A stretch of DNA of 63,199 bases, the filler included, from Octopus bimaculoides (taxonomy: Eukaryota), in assembly GCF_001194135.2 (NCBI RefSeq). It is 6 parts of 5 records of this genome, joined end to end, with 100 filler letters (N's around TTAATTAATTAA, not from the genome) between each part and the next. Parts side by side here need not be neighbours in the genome. Positions count along the whole stretch, not along the records: positions 41,167 to 55,831 come from NC_068987.1; positions 55,932 to 59,062 come from NC_068981.1; positions 59,163 to 60,767 come from NC_068995.1; positions 60,868 to 63,199 come from NC_069005.1; 2 more parts are not named here. One strand, given 5' to 3'. The notes beneath the pieces are model-generated. The model was not told where the DNA came from. It did not search any database and saw nothing but the letters and a program-made list of their open reading frames with translations. Shown in pieces: positions 53,266 to 63,199 of this stretch (its first letter is position 1; every line of letters starts with the position of its first letter). Made by a program: the position numbers and the translations under genes.

Positions 53266-54603
53266 ACCATTGTAATTGTGCATTAGTATATTTAAAATTG
53301 TGTTTATAGATTTCTGTGTATATATGTTGTTGTACACTAGTGTACTTAAAGCGTATATATATAACTGTGTATGCGATATGTGTATCTATGTTACTGTAGA
53401 TAAAAGCATGTATATATAGCTGTCTGTGAATATATCTAACTGCACGTTAGAGTAGATAAAAACATGTATATATAACTGTGTGTAAAATAATGGTCGATCT
53501 ATGTTTATATTTAATTGTATTCTGATGTTTGTTTATATATTGATACTAGCACAGTGTTAAAACCACCTCCCCCCATCTCTCTCTCTCTTTCTCTCTCTCT
53601 CTTTCTCTCTCTCTCTTNNNNNNNNNNCTCTCTCTCTCTTTCTCTCTCTCTCTTTCTCTCTCTCTCTTTCTTTTTGTCTCTCTTTCTCTCTCTCTCTCTC
53701 TCTTTGCGGCAAAAACGACCACAACAGTAACCACAAAAATAACATCTGCAGCAACAATAACAGCACCATCAACAAAAACAACAATAACAGCAACAACAAC
53801 AGCTGCAAGAACAACAACATCGACAACTTTTAGAGAACATCGTGACTTTTTAGTTCTTCTCTTTAAGCTGCCATATTGCTTCCATGTGTTGGAGTCCATG
53901 TTGAATATTGAAATACGATGTTTTCAGTGGTAAGAAATCATAGCGCTATCAAATTAACATTCCCGCCCTATCAATCCTTCTCTAATTCACAAGTTGTTCT
54001 TTCTTTCTTAACCGAAACCCTCAAGATTGGAATGAAAGGAAGCATAAACAAGGACGGTTAAAAACAGTGAAATAATTGTGTTGTCGAGTACGTTCCTTCC
54101 GACTTCAAATAATTAGTCTAAATATAGTAATAACATCGTTAGCAATAATAACCTGCTGGTTTATGTATGATAACAGGATTACATGGCTGCCAAGTTAATA
54201 AATATAACATGAATTATAGTTTTAGTAGCTCTGAGAGAACAACAACGTAACTTTACACTGAGTTCAGTGTGGAAAACCCAGGATAGTTTCGTGTAATTAT
54301 ACATCAGTTGTTGATGCTGTAGCTTCTGTGAATATGCTTCTCTAAACATTAGGAGCATCATCTAAATAATGCGGTGTTGCTGACGATACTAATTGAGATG
54401 TGCTACGTATGATGGCCTTGTTTGCTTCGCGTACGGTTTTACGTAATATAAAGGGATGAAAGCCTGCTGAATACATATTGGTTATATTGAAAAGGTTTCT
54501 AAATTCATATGGCAAGATTCGTGGGACATTCTAAATGACGAAAATATAGATGAATGCAAGAAAACATATTTGATGAAGCGAATGAAGAAATGGAGTAACA
54601 TTA

Positions 54604-54640
<37 letters not shown>

Positions 54641-54876
54641 NNNNNNNNNNNNNNNNNNNNNNNNNNNNNNNNNNNNNNNNNNNNNNNNNNNNNNNNNNNN
54701 NNNNNNNNNNNNNNNNNNNNNNNNNNNNNNNNNNNNNNNNNNNNNNNNNNNNNNNNNNNNNNNNNNNNNNNNNNNNNNNNNNNNNNNNNNNNNNNNNNNN
54801 NNNNNNNNNNNNNNNNNNNNNNNNNNNNNNNNNNNNNNNNNNNNNNNNNNNNNNNNNNNNNNNNNNNNNNNNNNNN

Positions 54877-54908
<32 letters not shown>

Positions 54909-54959
54909 ACATTGCAGTTGCTGATTTATCATCAGTCACCAAGGTAGCGAAGTAAAGAA

Positions 54960-55092
54960 TTATTATTATTATTTGGATGAAAACTGTCAGCATATTTTAC
55001 TGAGTATGAAGGAAAGAGTCTGCTGCCCACAACAAGAAGACTAAGGTGACACTTGTTTAGTGATCCGTCTTCAAGAACTTTGCGGAGAACTC
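54960..55092 (-). mobile_element. R4/Dong-like LINE 3' end abutting (AAT)n
   Basis: RVLRKVLE..aacaagtgtcaccttagtc matches the 3' UTR at 14520-14640. Confidence 0.8.
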
Positions 55093-55300
55093 TTGTAGAT
55101 GCAAGCAATGATGATTTTTATAGGTGTTCTATTTTTACATGTTTTTGAGCCATGTTTGTACCTGAGTGATGATAATTCCAAGTGCGCCAATCATACATTA
55201 TAATCATTCGATAAAACAAGTATTCTTTGAGTACTGGGGCCAAAATAATTGACTTCCTCCTCCCCTCAAACACTGCTGGTCCTGTGCGAATATTTGAACC

Positions 55301-55331
<31 letters not shown>

Positions 55332-55338
55332 GTCAATG

Positions 55339-55392
<54 letters not shown>

Positions 55393-56633
55393 CAAAATTC
55401 TATATCTTTTTATTTTCCACGTATCTAAACTGATCACATTCAAGGCAGAGCGCAGTTTGACAAGAGTTGCCTCAGAACAGTTATCTTGTGTAAGGTATGC
55501 AATTCAAAATAGATTAAAACACACACACACACACATGCAGAAAGACACACATTCCCCCATACACACTCACCCTAATGAATGCGTATGCACATTAAAAAAA
55601 AGAGCAAGGGTGTATGGAAAAAGCGGTTGTCGAAGTAATAATGCGTTGGACTATTTCGGAAGCCTCCCTGCTGGAGGATACCCAGCCTTGATATTTTATT
55701 TACTTCATTTCAGCAACTCATGGTGGTTTAATACGAATAATTATCTCGAAGCTGGTGGAAAGGTGCGGAAGGGGTTGTGTGTGTGAGAGAGCGAGTGTGT
55801 ACGCATACATATGTATGAATATGTGCGTATANNNNNNNNNNNNNNNNNNNNNNNNNNNNNNNNNNNNNNNNNNNNTTAATTAATTAANNNNNNNNNNNNN
55901 NNNNNNNNNNNNNNNNNNNNNNNNNNNNNNNATCCTTCATTAATATTGTATTTTAATTCCACTACTAAGTTAATGTAATGTATATTTAAATTTTTGATAG
56001 TTGCAATTTGAATGTTACCTAATTTATTTTATTTTATAATTTATAATTTATAATTTATCTTGATTACATATCCTTAAATTATGTCTCAAAACTATTTTAA
56101 ACTTAAAAATAAATATAATTATTTGATAGGGTTAATCACAATGGAGTGAATTATGTAGATCAAAAATATTATTTTGCTAGATTTACCTCTCTTTGACCAT
56201 TAATTTGTATTTCTGTTAAGATCTATAATAGGTAATTTTTCTTTCTTTGTATTATTTTATTTACCTTCTTTTCAAACCTCTAACGGTTTTTATTTGATGA
56301 AACAGCGTTGTATGCATGTAGTTATTTAATATCCTAGGTTAACAATTCTACTTAGTTACTCTACTATATAACGGTTTTCTTAACCGATATTGCAAGCAGT
56401 TTCAATATGTTCATGTCGTAACAACCTGATTAGAACTTTTTTATAGACATGTAATTTAAGTACAAGTAATAATGTTGTCTGTTGTGGATTAATGTAACTT
56501 GGCCCTGAAGAGATGGAAGGCCCTAATTTCTTATCTCAGACAAGAGTGAGTCGGGATCTTGCATCGAAATGCACATAGGATAATAAACAAGTTTTATTAA
56601 TATATAGGATTGCGTCATGGCTCTTATTTCAAT

Positions 56634-56671
<38 letters not shown>

Positions 56672-56853
56672 CCTACACTTTTTTCTGCAAAATAGGGGTA
56701 GTTTATCCTGTTCAGGCTATATTATTAGCATTATCCTACGATTGAGAATTTAAAATCACTTCTTTAACTTTCTAAGACATCTCAATGCTTCTAAAAGCAA
56801 ACTTCGTTTCTTTGTTTATGTTTATCGTAATTTGAATTTAATATATATATATA

Positions 56854-57220
56854 TCATCATCATCATCATCATCATTGTTTAACGTCCGCTTTCCATGCTA
56901 GCATGGGTTGGACGATTTGACTGAGGACTGGTGGCAACACCAGGCTCCAATCTGATTTGGCAGAGTTTCTACAGCTGGATGCCCTTCCTAACGCCAACCA
57001 CTCAGAGAGTGTAGTTTATATATATATATATATCATCATCATCATCGTTTAACGTCCGCTTTCCATGCTAGCATGGGTTGGACGGTTTGACTGAGGACTG
57101 GTGAAACCAGATGGCTACACCAGGCTCCAATCTGATCTGGCAGAGTTTCTACAGCTGGATGCCCTTCCTAACGCCAACCACTCCAAGAGTGTAGTGGGTG
57201 CTTTTATGTGTCACCTGCAC
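56854..57220 (-). mobile_element. Tandem duplicated 3' halves of a SINE-like repeat with (GAT)n tails (56854-57015, 57033-57220)
   Basis: Two ~160-190 nt near-identical units (gttggcgttaggaagggcatccagctgtagaaac...). Confidence 0.85.
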
Positions 57221-57901
57221 AAATAATAATAATNNNNNNNNNNNNNNNNNNNNNNNNNNNNNNNNNNNNNNNNNNNNNNNNNNNNNNNNNNNNNNNNNNN
57301 NNNNNNNNNNNNNNNNNNNNNNNNNNNNNNNNNNNNNNNNNNNNNNNNNNNNNNNNNNNNNNNNNNNNNNNNNNNNNNNNNNNNNNNNNNNNNNNNNNNN
57401 NNNNNNNNNNNNNNNNNNNNNNNNNNNNNNNNNNNNNNNNNNNNNNNNNNNNNNNNNNNNNNNNNNNNNNNNNNNNNNNNNNNNNNNNNNNNNNNNNNNN
57501 NNNNNNNNNNNNNNNNNNNNNNNNNNNNNNNNNNNNNNNNNNNNNNNNNNNNNNNNNNNNNNNNNNNNNNNNNNNNNNNNNNNNNNNNNNNNNNNNNNNN
57601 NNNNNNNNNNNNNNNNNNNNNNNNNNNNNNNNNNNNNNNNNNNNNNNNNNNNNNNNNNNNNNNNNNNNNNNNNNNNNNNNNNNNNNNNNNNNNNNNNNNN
57701 NNNNNNNNNNNNNNNNNNNNNNNNNNNNNNNNNNNNNNNNNNNNNNNNNNNNNNNNNNNNNNNNNNNNNNNNNNNNNNNNNNNNNNNNNNNNNNNNNNNN
57801 NNNNNTCTCACCAACACAAACACCAACGCCGATGAGGAAGAAGCAGGTAGAAACAGGCATGCATCAGCCTGTAGCCGTCAATGGATTGTTTTCATGCTTA
57901 C

Positions 57902-58222
57902 CTGACTCTTTAGGCTTCGGGTCAGGCTTCGGATTAGCTTTGGGTGGTGATTCACTCCGAGGCTTAATCTTAGACTGACCACTGCTGGGAGCGGTGGCAG
58001 ATTTGTTGCCACCAGAAACACTATTATTACCACCACCACCACCACCACCACCACCGCTGCTGCTACCACCAACAGCACCACCTCCTCCACCAGTTTTAGT
58101 GCTCTGAGGTCCGAGGTAGCGAATTGATAAAAGTCTGCTATCAAGCTTGTCGGTGTAAAAGAGGGCATTTTTGACCTTTAGGAACATGATGAGGCTGGAC
58201 CTGATGAACTGTGCATCTTCTC

Positions 58223-58226
<4 letters not shown>
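57902..58226 (-). CDS. Candidate coding exon with a Gly/Ser-rich linker and PK-rich end (MGEDAQFIRSS...GGGG...PKPDPKPKES)
   Basis: 108 open codons, GC-rich, CAG|GTAAGC donor at 57901; alternative acceptor at 58104; homology not recognised. Confidence 0.45.
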
Positions 58227-58273
<47 letters not shown>

Positions 58274-58329
58274 TACATACATGCATTTATATATGTCACA
58301 GCTGCATCCTTGTTACACGAGACAAGCTA

Positions 58330-59062
58330 TTGCCAAGAAGACTTACTGAAATGATTCATGATTGTTGCCATGTGATGCCCTTATATGACTTTTAAGCTCA
58401 GCAAAGCTTTCACACATTTTATTACATACTAGACAACTGTGCTGGCTGGCAAGAGAAATAGGTGTCACCATATGCACTCTCTTAACATGTCTTTTTAGAC
58501 CTCCAAATAAGAGGCGCTTGTTGTTTATCATGGATCGATTTCTGTGAGAATTTTGATGGCTCACCAGGCCTGCATGACTCAAACACCTCCACCCACAAAC
58601 CACACACATGAAAAGCAACATTCTCTCACTTTTCACAGGTTCCCCCCTTCTAAGCCCCCTCCTAATTCTCATATTTCACTCTCTCCATCTCAAACCTTGA
58701 ACAACCATCATGCACTATCTTCCTCCATCCATCATGGTCTTGTGCCTCCCTCTCCCAAATACCAGCTGCAATTCCTGTCTGTATTAGAGCATTTTAAAGG
58801 CTATCCTTAAACCTTAGTTTAGACTTATGTGCTGGTCTCCTCCCATCTTCCAGCTCTCCATACAATAGCTGCTTGGGCAGTCACTCATCACTCATGCTTA
58901 TCAAATGTCTCCCCCCCCCCACAACCTCAAACGTCTTTGCAAAATCATTGACTTTATACTTTTACTGCCACTCCTCTCAAGCACCTCCACATTACTAATG
59001 GCCATTTTCCAGTTTATCCCCCAAATTTTTCTCAGACAGTATTGATGAAATCGCTCCAATTG
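58330..59062 (-). mobile_element. RTE-type LINE 3' fragment ending in C2H2 zinc fingers
   Basis: QLERFHQYCLRK..SNVEVLERS..LPKQLLYGELEDG..KLRFKDSL..DGWRK, then CVVCGWRCLSHAGLVSHQNSH and CLVCNKMCESFAELKSHIRASH. Confidence 0.88.
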
Positions 59063-59186
59063 NNNNNNNNNNNNNNNNNNNNNNNNNNNNNNNNNNNNNN
59101 NNNNNNTTAATTAATTAANNNNNNNNNNNNNNNNNNNNNNNNNNNNNNNNNNNNNNNNNNNNTACGCATAAAAACATATATACATA

Positions 59187-59240
<54 letters not shown>

Positions 59241-59511
59241 GCGCGTATGCACACACACACACCTCATTTAAATTAACACTATATGTGATTCTTGGAGTGC
59301 CTGTGTATGATACAGTATGTTGATTTGCATGTGAGTGTGTTTATAGACATATATAGACATATATACACACATGTGTGCGCGTATTTGTTATACGCACAAA
59401 CGTTTTTCCATAAATATTCATCTTGAATTAAATAGCAGTCGTTAACTGTGCGCACATAAGCGCGCGCACACGTACAGACATATATAAGTGCAACTTTGAT
59501 GAAATTTTTGT

Positions 59512-59542
<31 letters not shown>

Positions 59543-60609
59543 TATTTATACGTAAATACAATGCGCATGCGCACGTGTGGGTGTGGGTGTGGGTGTGTGT
59601 ATGCGTGATTCATCAATCTAAGAAACTAAAGAGAGTATATGTGGAGGAGGACGATGAAGGGTAACTTCTGAAATAACTGAAGTCAAATCTTTGACTTGTA
59701 GCCTCGGTGGCAGAATATATATACGTGTGTGTGTGTTCGTTGTTAGTGACGGAAGCAGTATTAATTCAAAATGGCATTCCGTGTTTCTAACTTAACATGA
59801 ACATATTGTAGAAAGCCAGAAAACTAGTATTCGAAACGAGAAACAATCGTATAGTGCTAAAAAGCACAGAAATGTATCAGCAGCAGATGAAAAGCGTCCA
59901 GCAGCGGTCACTGAATTGCTTAATTTAGATTTCTGCGAGGTGTGTACAATGCTTTGACTGAAATAATAATAGAAGACTCACGTATCTGGATTATGTATGC
60001 CGAAAGAGTAAAGAAATAATCACATCGCTTGACAACCTCTGCCAAAAATCACTGTTCATTATTTAGTTATTGGGCGAACATTTCGGTGTATGATAATAAA
60101 AATTATGGCCGTGAAATCATTATTTTATGACAGCAAAATGACATTAAAAGATCATAAATTAGACTTAACAATTCCCTGATAGATTATCTTTGATTTACGA
60201 CAAAACAATCTGTTATGATAAAATTTATGTCCAACAGTACAAGGTTTCATGTATTGTCTGCTTTACATGGTTTTAGACCGTCTGTATGTGAGTGCGTGTG
60301 TTTGTGTGAATGTGTGGGTGTGTGTATTTGCGTGCTTGTGCATGTATTCATACATGTTTTTGGATTGTAATAGATGCAGTGAGTGTATATAGGTGCGCTT
60401 GTATGCGGATGTGCGCGCGTGAGAGAAAGAGGGGGAATGTGCATGTGTACACATACGTGTCCTTGGATTGTAATAAATGCAGCACGAGTGTGTATAGAGA
60501 TGCGCTTGTGTGCGAATGTGTGTGTGTGCTTAAGTATTCATCCTTCGCTTCAAATATAGTGGATATTTGTGCGCCATGTTTGTATGTATGTGAGAGTGAG
60601 TGAGTGATG

Positions 60610-60767
60610 TGAGCGAGAGAGAGAGAGATGTGTGAGAGAGAGAGAGATGTGTGAGAGAGAGAGAGATGTGTGAGAGAGAGAGAGATGTGCGAGAGAGAGA
60701 GAGAGATGTGTGAGAGAGAGATAGAGATGTGAGAGAGAGAGAGAGAGAGAGAGATGTGCGAGAGAGA
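60610..60767. repeat. Minisatellite-like (GAGAGAGAGAGATGTGT)n compound repeat
   Basis: Direct inspection. Confidence 0.9.
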
Positions 60768-60868
60768 NNNNNNNNNNNNNNNNNNNNNNNNNNNNNNNNN
60801 NNNNNNNNNNNTTAATTAATTAANNNNNNNNNNNNNNNNNNNNNNNNNNNNNNNNNNNNNNNNNNNNG

Positions 60869-62320
60869 ACGACGGCGACGACGACGGCAGCAGCAGCAGC
60901 AACAGCCATAGCAGCGGTTGGAGAATTCACAGGAGGAGCAGTCGACGATCTGGACCCTTATACGATATGGAACCCTGAGAAAGCTTACGCTGCCAGGGGT
61001 ATATGCCTGATTCTGTTCGGAACGTTCGGAGTTTTACTGAATGTGTTTATCATCGTGGCAATTGTTCCGAATCGTCGGTTAAGGACCGTACGCAACATAT
61101 TACTCGTTCATCTCGGTTTAATTGGACTTGCCTCATCTATAACACTGACTCTGTACGCGGCCGTGGTGATATTTCATGGAGTATGGATCGGAGGAAGATC
61201 TGCCTGCCATGCTTACGGTTTTATATTATCGGTATTTACGTTTGCTTCTATTTGGACTATAACGGCGTTGAGTTGGGACAAATATCGGACCATCGCTTCC
61301 CCTTTACATCATTCCTTGTCGGCCAGCTTCCGTAAAATGGCCGGCTGTTTCATCTTATTTTGGCTGGGAGCCGTTTCTCTATCAGTTCCACCGCTGACCG
61401 GTTATAGCCGATTCATCTTTGACAAAAACATGGCCATCTGCACCGTCGAATTGCGAGCCAGTACCGACCTGTGGTATTCGCTCGTTTACTTGTCATCAGC
61501 TTTTCTGCTCCCTTTTGTCCTAATCACTTACTGCTACCTGCACATATTCCGTATAGCCAGGAATCAAAGCAGTCGAATAGCCGCCACGATGGTTCGAATG
61601 GTGAGCGTGATACAGGCACCGATCTCGTCGGCTCCACAAGCAGCTCTGTCAATAAAGGGCACCAAAGCCATATCCACCATATTGCAACTGACCGGAGCGT
61701 TTGCGTTCACCTATTTACCTTATTCAATGATACTGCTCTTTAAAATGTTGTTCACGTCTTCTCATATGGACAATGTGACCGTTGTACTTGCAACGACCCT
61801 TTTTCAGGCAGCCCCATTGACTAATGCAGCCGTCTACGGCATCAGAAACAAAATCCTCCGCTCGTCGTTCAACCGCTACGCGCGGCGAAAAATGCAGGAG
61901 TTTTGCTACAGAGACCATCGGCGTAGCAGTATACGTTCGGTGACGAAACGCCAGCCTTCGGCCCTCAAGCTCTCCTTGTTACAGGGCCGACGCTGCGTTA
62001 CGAGCGGAGTGATTTTACCCACTTATTACAGTGGAGCCAGCGGTAGCGGCGGCGGCGGCGGCAGCGGCGGCGTCCGTGGGGGTAGTGTCGGTGCAGGGGT
62101 TTGTAGCGGTGTCTGTTGTTATGACGATGCGGATGGTAACGTTGGCGGGAATACGAACCGTCATGCTCATGGATTACGTCGGACTCAGTCGTACCCGATC
62201 AAAACCCTGACGGAAGTTAACGGACTTTCTATCGGCATGTCACGGACTATTACGGGACCTTACCAACAACATTCTCTGGTTAATTTGAACGATATCAACT
62301 CACTGACGCCAATTGAATAA
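60869..62320 (+). CDS. Class A (rhodopsin-like) orphan GPCR in a single long exon; 5' end lies in or before the gap (at least 483 aa)
   Basis: Frame is open from the gap edge (TTATTTAAAA..RGICLILFGTFGVLLNVFII). Seven hydrophobic segments, TM3 Cys and ECL2 Cys, SWDKY, TM4 W..PP, TM5 LP..CY, TM6 YLP, TM7 NAAVY; stop TAA at 62318-62320. Confidence 0.95.
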   Translation, partial: TTATTTAAAAATAIAAVGEFTGGAVDDLDPYTIWNPEKAYAARGICLILFGTFGVLLNVFIIVAIVPNRRLRTVRNILLVHLGLIGLASSITLTLYAAVVIFHGVWIGGRSACHAYGFILSVFTFASIWTITALSWDKYRTIASPLHHSLSASFRKMAGCFILFWLGAVSLSVPPLTGYSRFIFDKNMAICTVELRASTDLWYSLVYLSSAFLLPFVLITYCYLHIFRIARNQSSRIAATMVRMVSVIQAPISSAPQAALSIKGTKAISTILQLTGAFAFTYLPYSMILLFKMLFTSSHMDNVTVVLATTLFQAAPLTNAAVYGIRNKILRSSFNRYARRKMQEFCYRDHRRSSIRSVTKRQPSALKLSLLQGRRCVTSGVILPTYYSGASGSGGGGGSGGVRGGSVGAGVCSGVCCYDDADGNVGGNTNRHAHGLRRTQSYPIKTLTEVNGLSIGMSRTITGPYQQHSLVNLNDINSLTPIE

Positions 62321-63199
62321 AACTTTGTGAAAGAGGAAATATTTCAACAATAACAACAACTGCAAGAACAACATTTAACAAAACGTGTGTGAACGGTTGT
62401 GTGTGCATGAGTTTGTGTGTGTGTGTGTGTGCGTGAGAGAGAGAGAGAGAGAGAGAGACAGAGACAGAGATAGACAGAGAGACAGAAAGAGAGACAGATG
62501 AGAATGAAAGAGAAATAGTGTGTGTGTATATGAGGGAGTGAGTGTGTGCGTGCGTGTGGGGAAGAATGGGTGTGTGTGTGTGTAGGTGTAGATGTGAAAG
62601 TGGGGGAGATAATATGTGTGTATGTGTGTATGTGTGTGTCTTTGTGAGAGGGTGAATGTGTGTGCGTGTATGTGTACATGTGACAGAGGAGAGAGTGTGT
62701 GCGTGTGTGCGTGTACGTGTGCGTGTGCGTGTGTGTATGTAAGGAAGAATGAGTGTGTGTTTGTGTACATGTGAAAGAGAGGGAGCTGGTGCATGTGTGT
62801 ATGTGTGTGTGTGTGTACATAAAAGTGAGATAGATAGAGAGAGAAAGATAGAGAGAAAGAGAGAGAGAGATAAACATTAAGAAAATAATGTTTTTAATAT
62901 ACAATCCGATGTTGATCATAAAAAAAAAACAGATTCATCCTCAAAAGGCTAAAATAATATTTACCGAAATTAAAAAAAAAAAAAAACTCCATTACTTCCA
63001 TCCTTGGACATTGGACACAAATAGAAAGTAAAAAAAAAACAAAAAAACGAGAGAAAGGTTGGTCAGAATTTGAACTTTTAATGATATAACTTACGCACGC
63101 ACGCACGGACGCTCGCACACGCACAGGAAATACATATACGTATGTGTGTATGTATATATGCATGTATATATATATATGTGTGTATATATATATATTTAT

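Noticed and set aside
53700-53900. Mucin-like Thr-rich reading frame
   Set aside because: Degenerate (AAC)n low-complexity tract next to (CT)n; no exon support
55721-55769. 49-nt plus-strand exon-like segment (tttcag...aag|gtgcgg), possibly a GPCR 5' exon
   Set aside because: Splice signals alone are insufficient without transcript data
3205-62919. Most long ORFs in the supplied track ([16 protein letters not shown], poly-X)
   Set aside because: Translations of dinucleotide microsatellites and N gaps
1-63199. tRNA genes, rRNA genes or CRISPR arrays
   Set aside because: tRNA-like segments are SINE heads lacking full cloverleaves; no rRNA or repeat-spacer arrays are seen in this eukaryotic DNA

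Overview
AT-rich, microsatellite-dense, gapped eukaryotic genomic DNA. The SINE families and repeat landscape point to an octopus genome (inferred, probably Octopus bimaculoides-type). Two host genes are well supported. One is a spliced, divergent Ctr/SLC31 copper transporter (+ strand, exons 1569-1674 and 2430-2823, possibly 527-573). The other is a class A orphan GPCR encoded in one long exon (+ strand, open from the gap edge at 60869 to 62320). A few minus-strand exon candidates (57902-58226, 25303-25538, 20329-20414) may belong to a third, unrecognised gene. The rest is a transposon graveyard: about 30 tRNA-derived SINE copies from at least four families, RTE-type LINE fragments (one with C2H2 fingers), several R4/Dong-like RLE-LINE fragments next to (TAA)n, a CR1/L2-like LINE 3' end sharing its tail with a SINE, a decayed mariner and a split hAT transposase. 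The most unusual signals are structural RNA/DNA elements absent from the ORF track: three hammerhead-ribozyme-like motifs (best at 29425-29508, with an intact catalytic core), a perfect 54-bp inverted repeat (15377-15574) and a ~180-nt imperfect foldback (34753-34935). Nearly all ORFs in the supplied track are microsatellite or N-gap artefacts. All family assignments come from visual motif recognition; no database searches were run.
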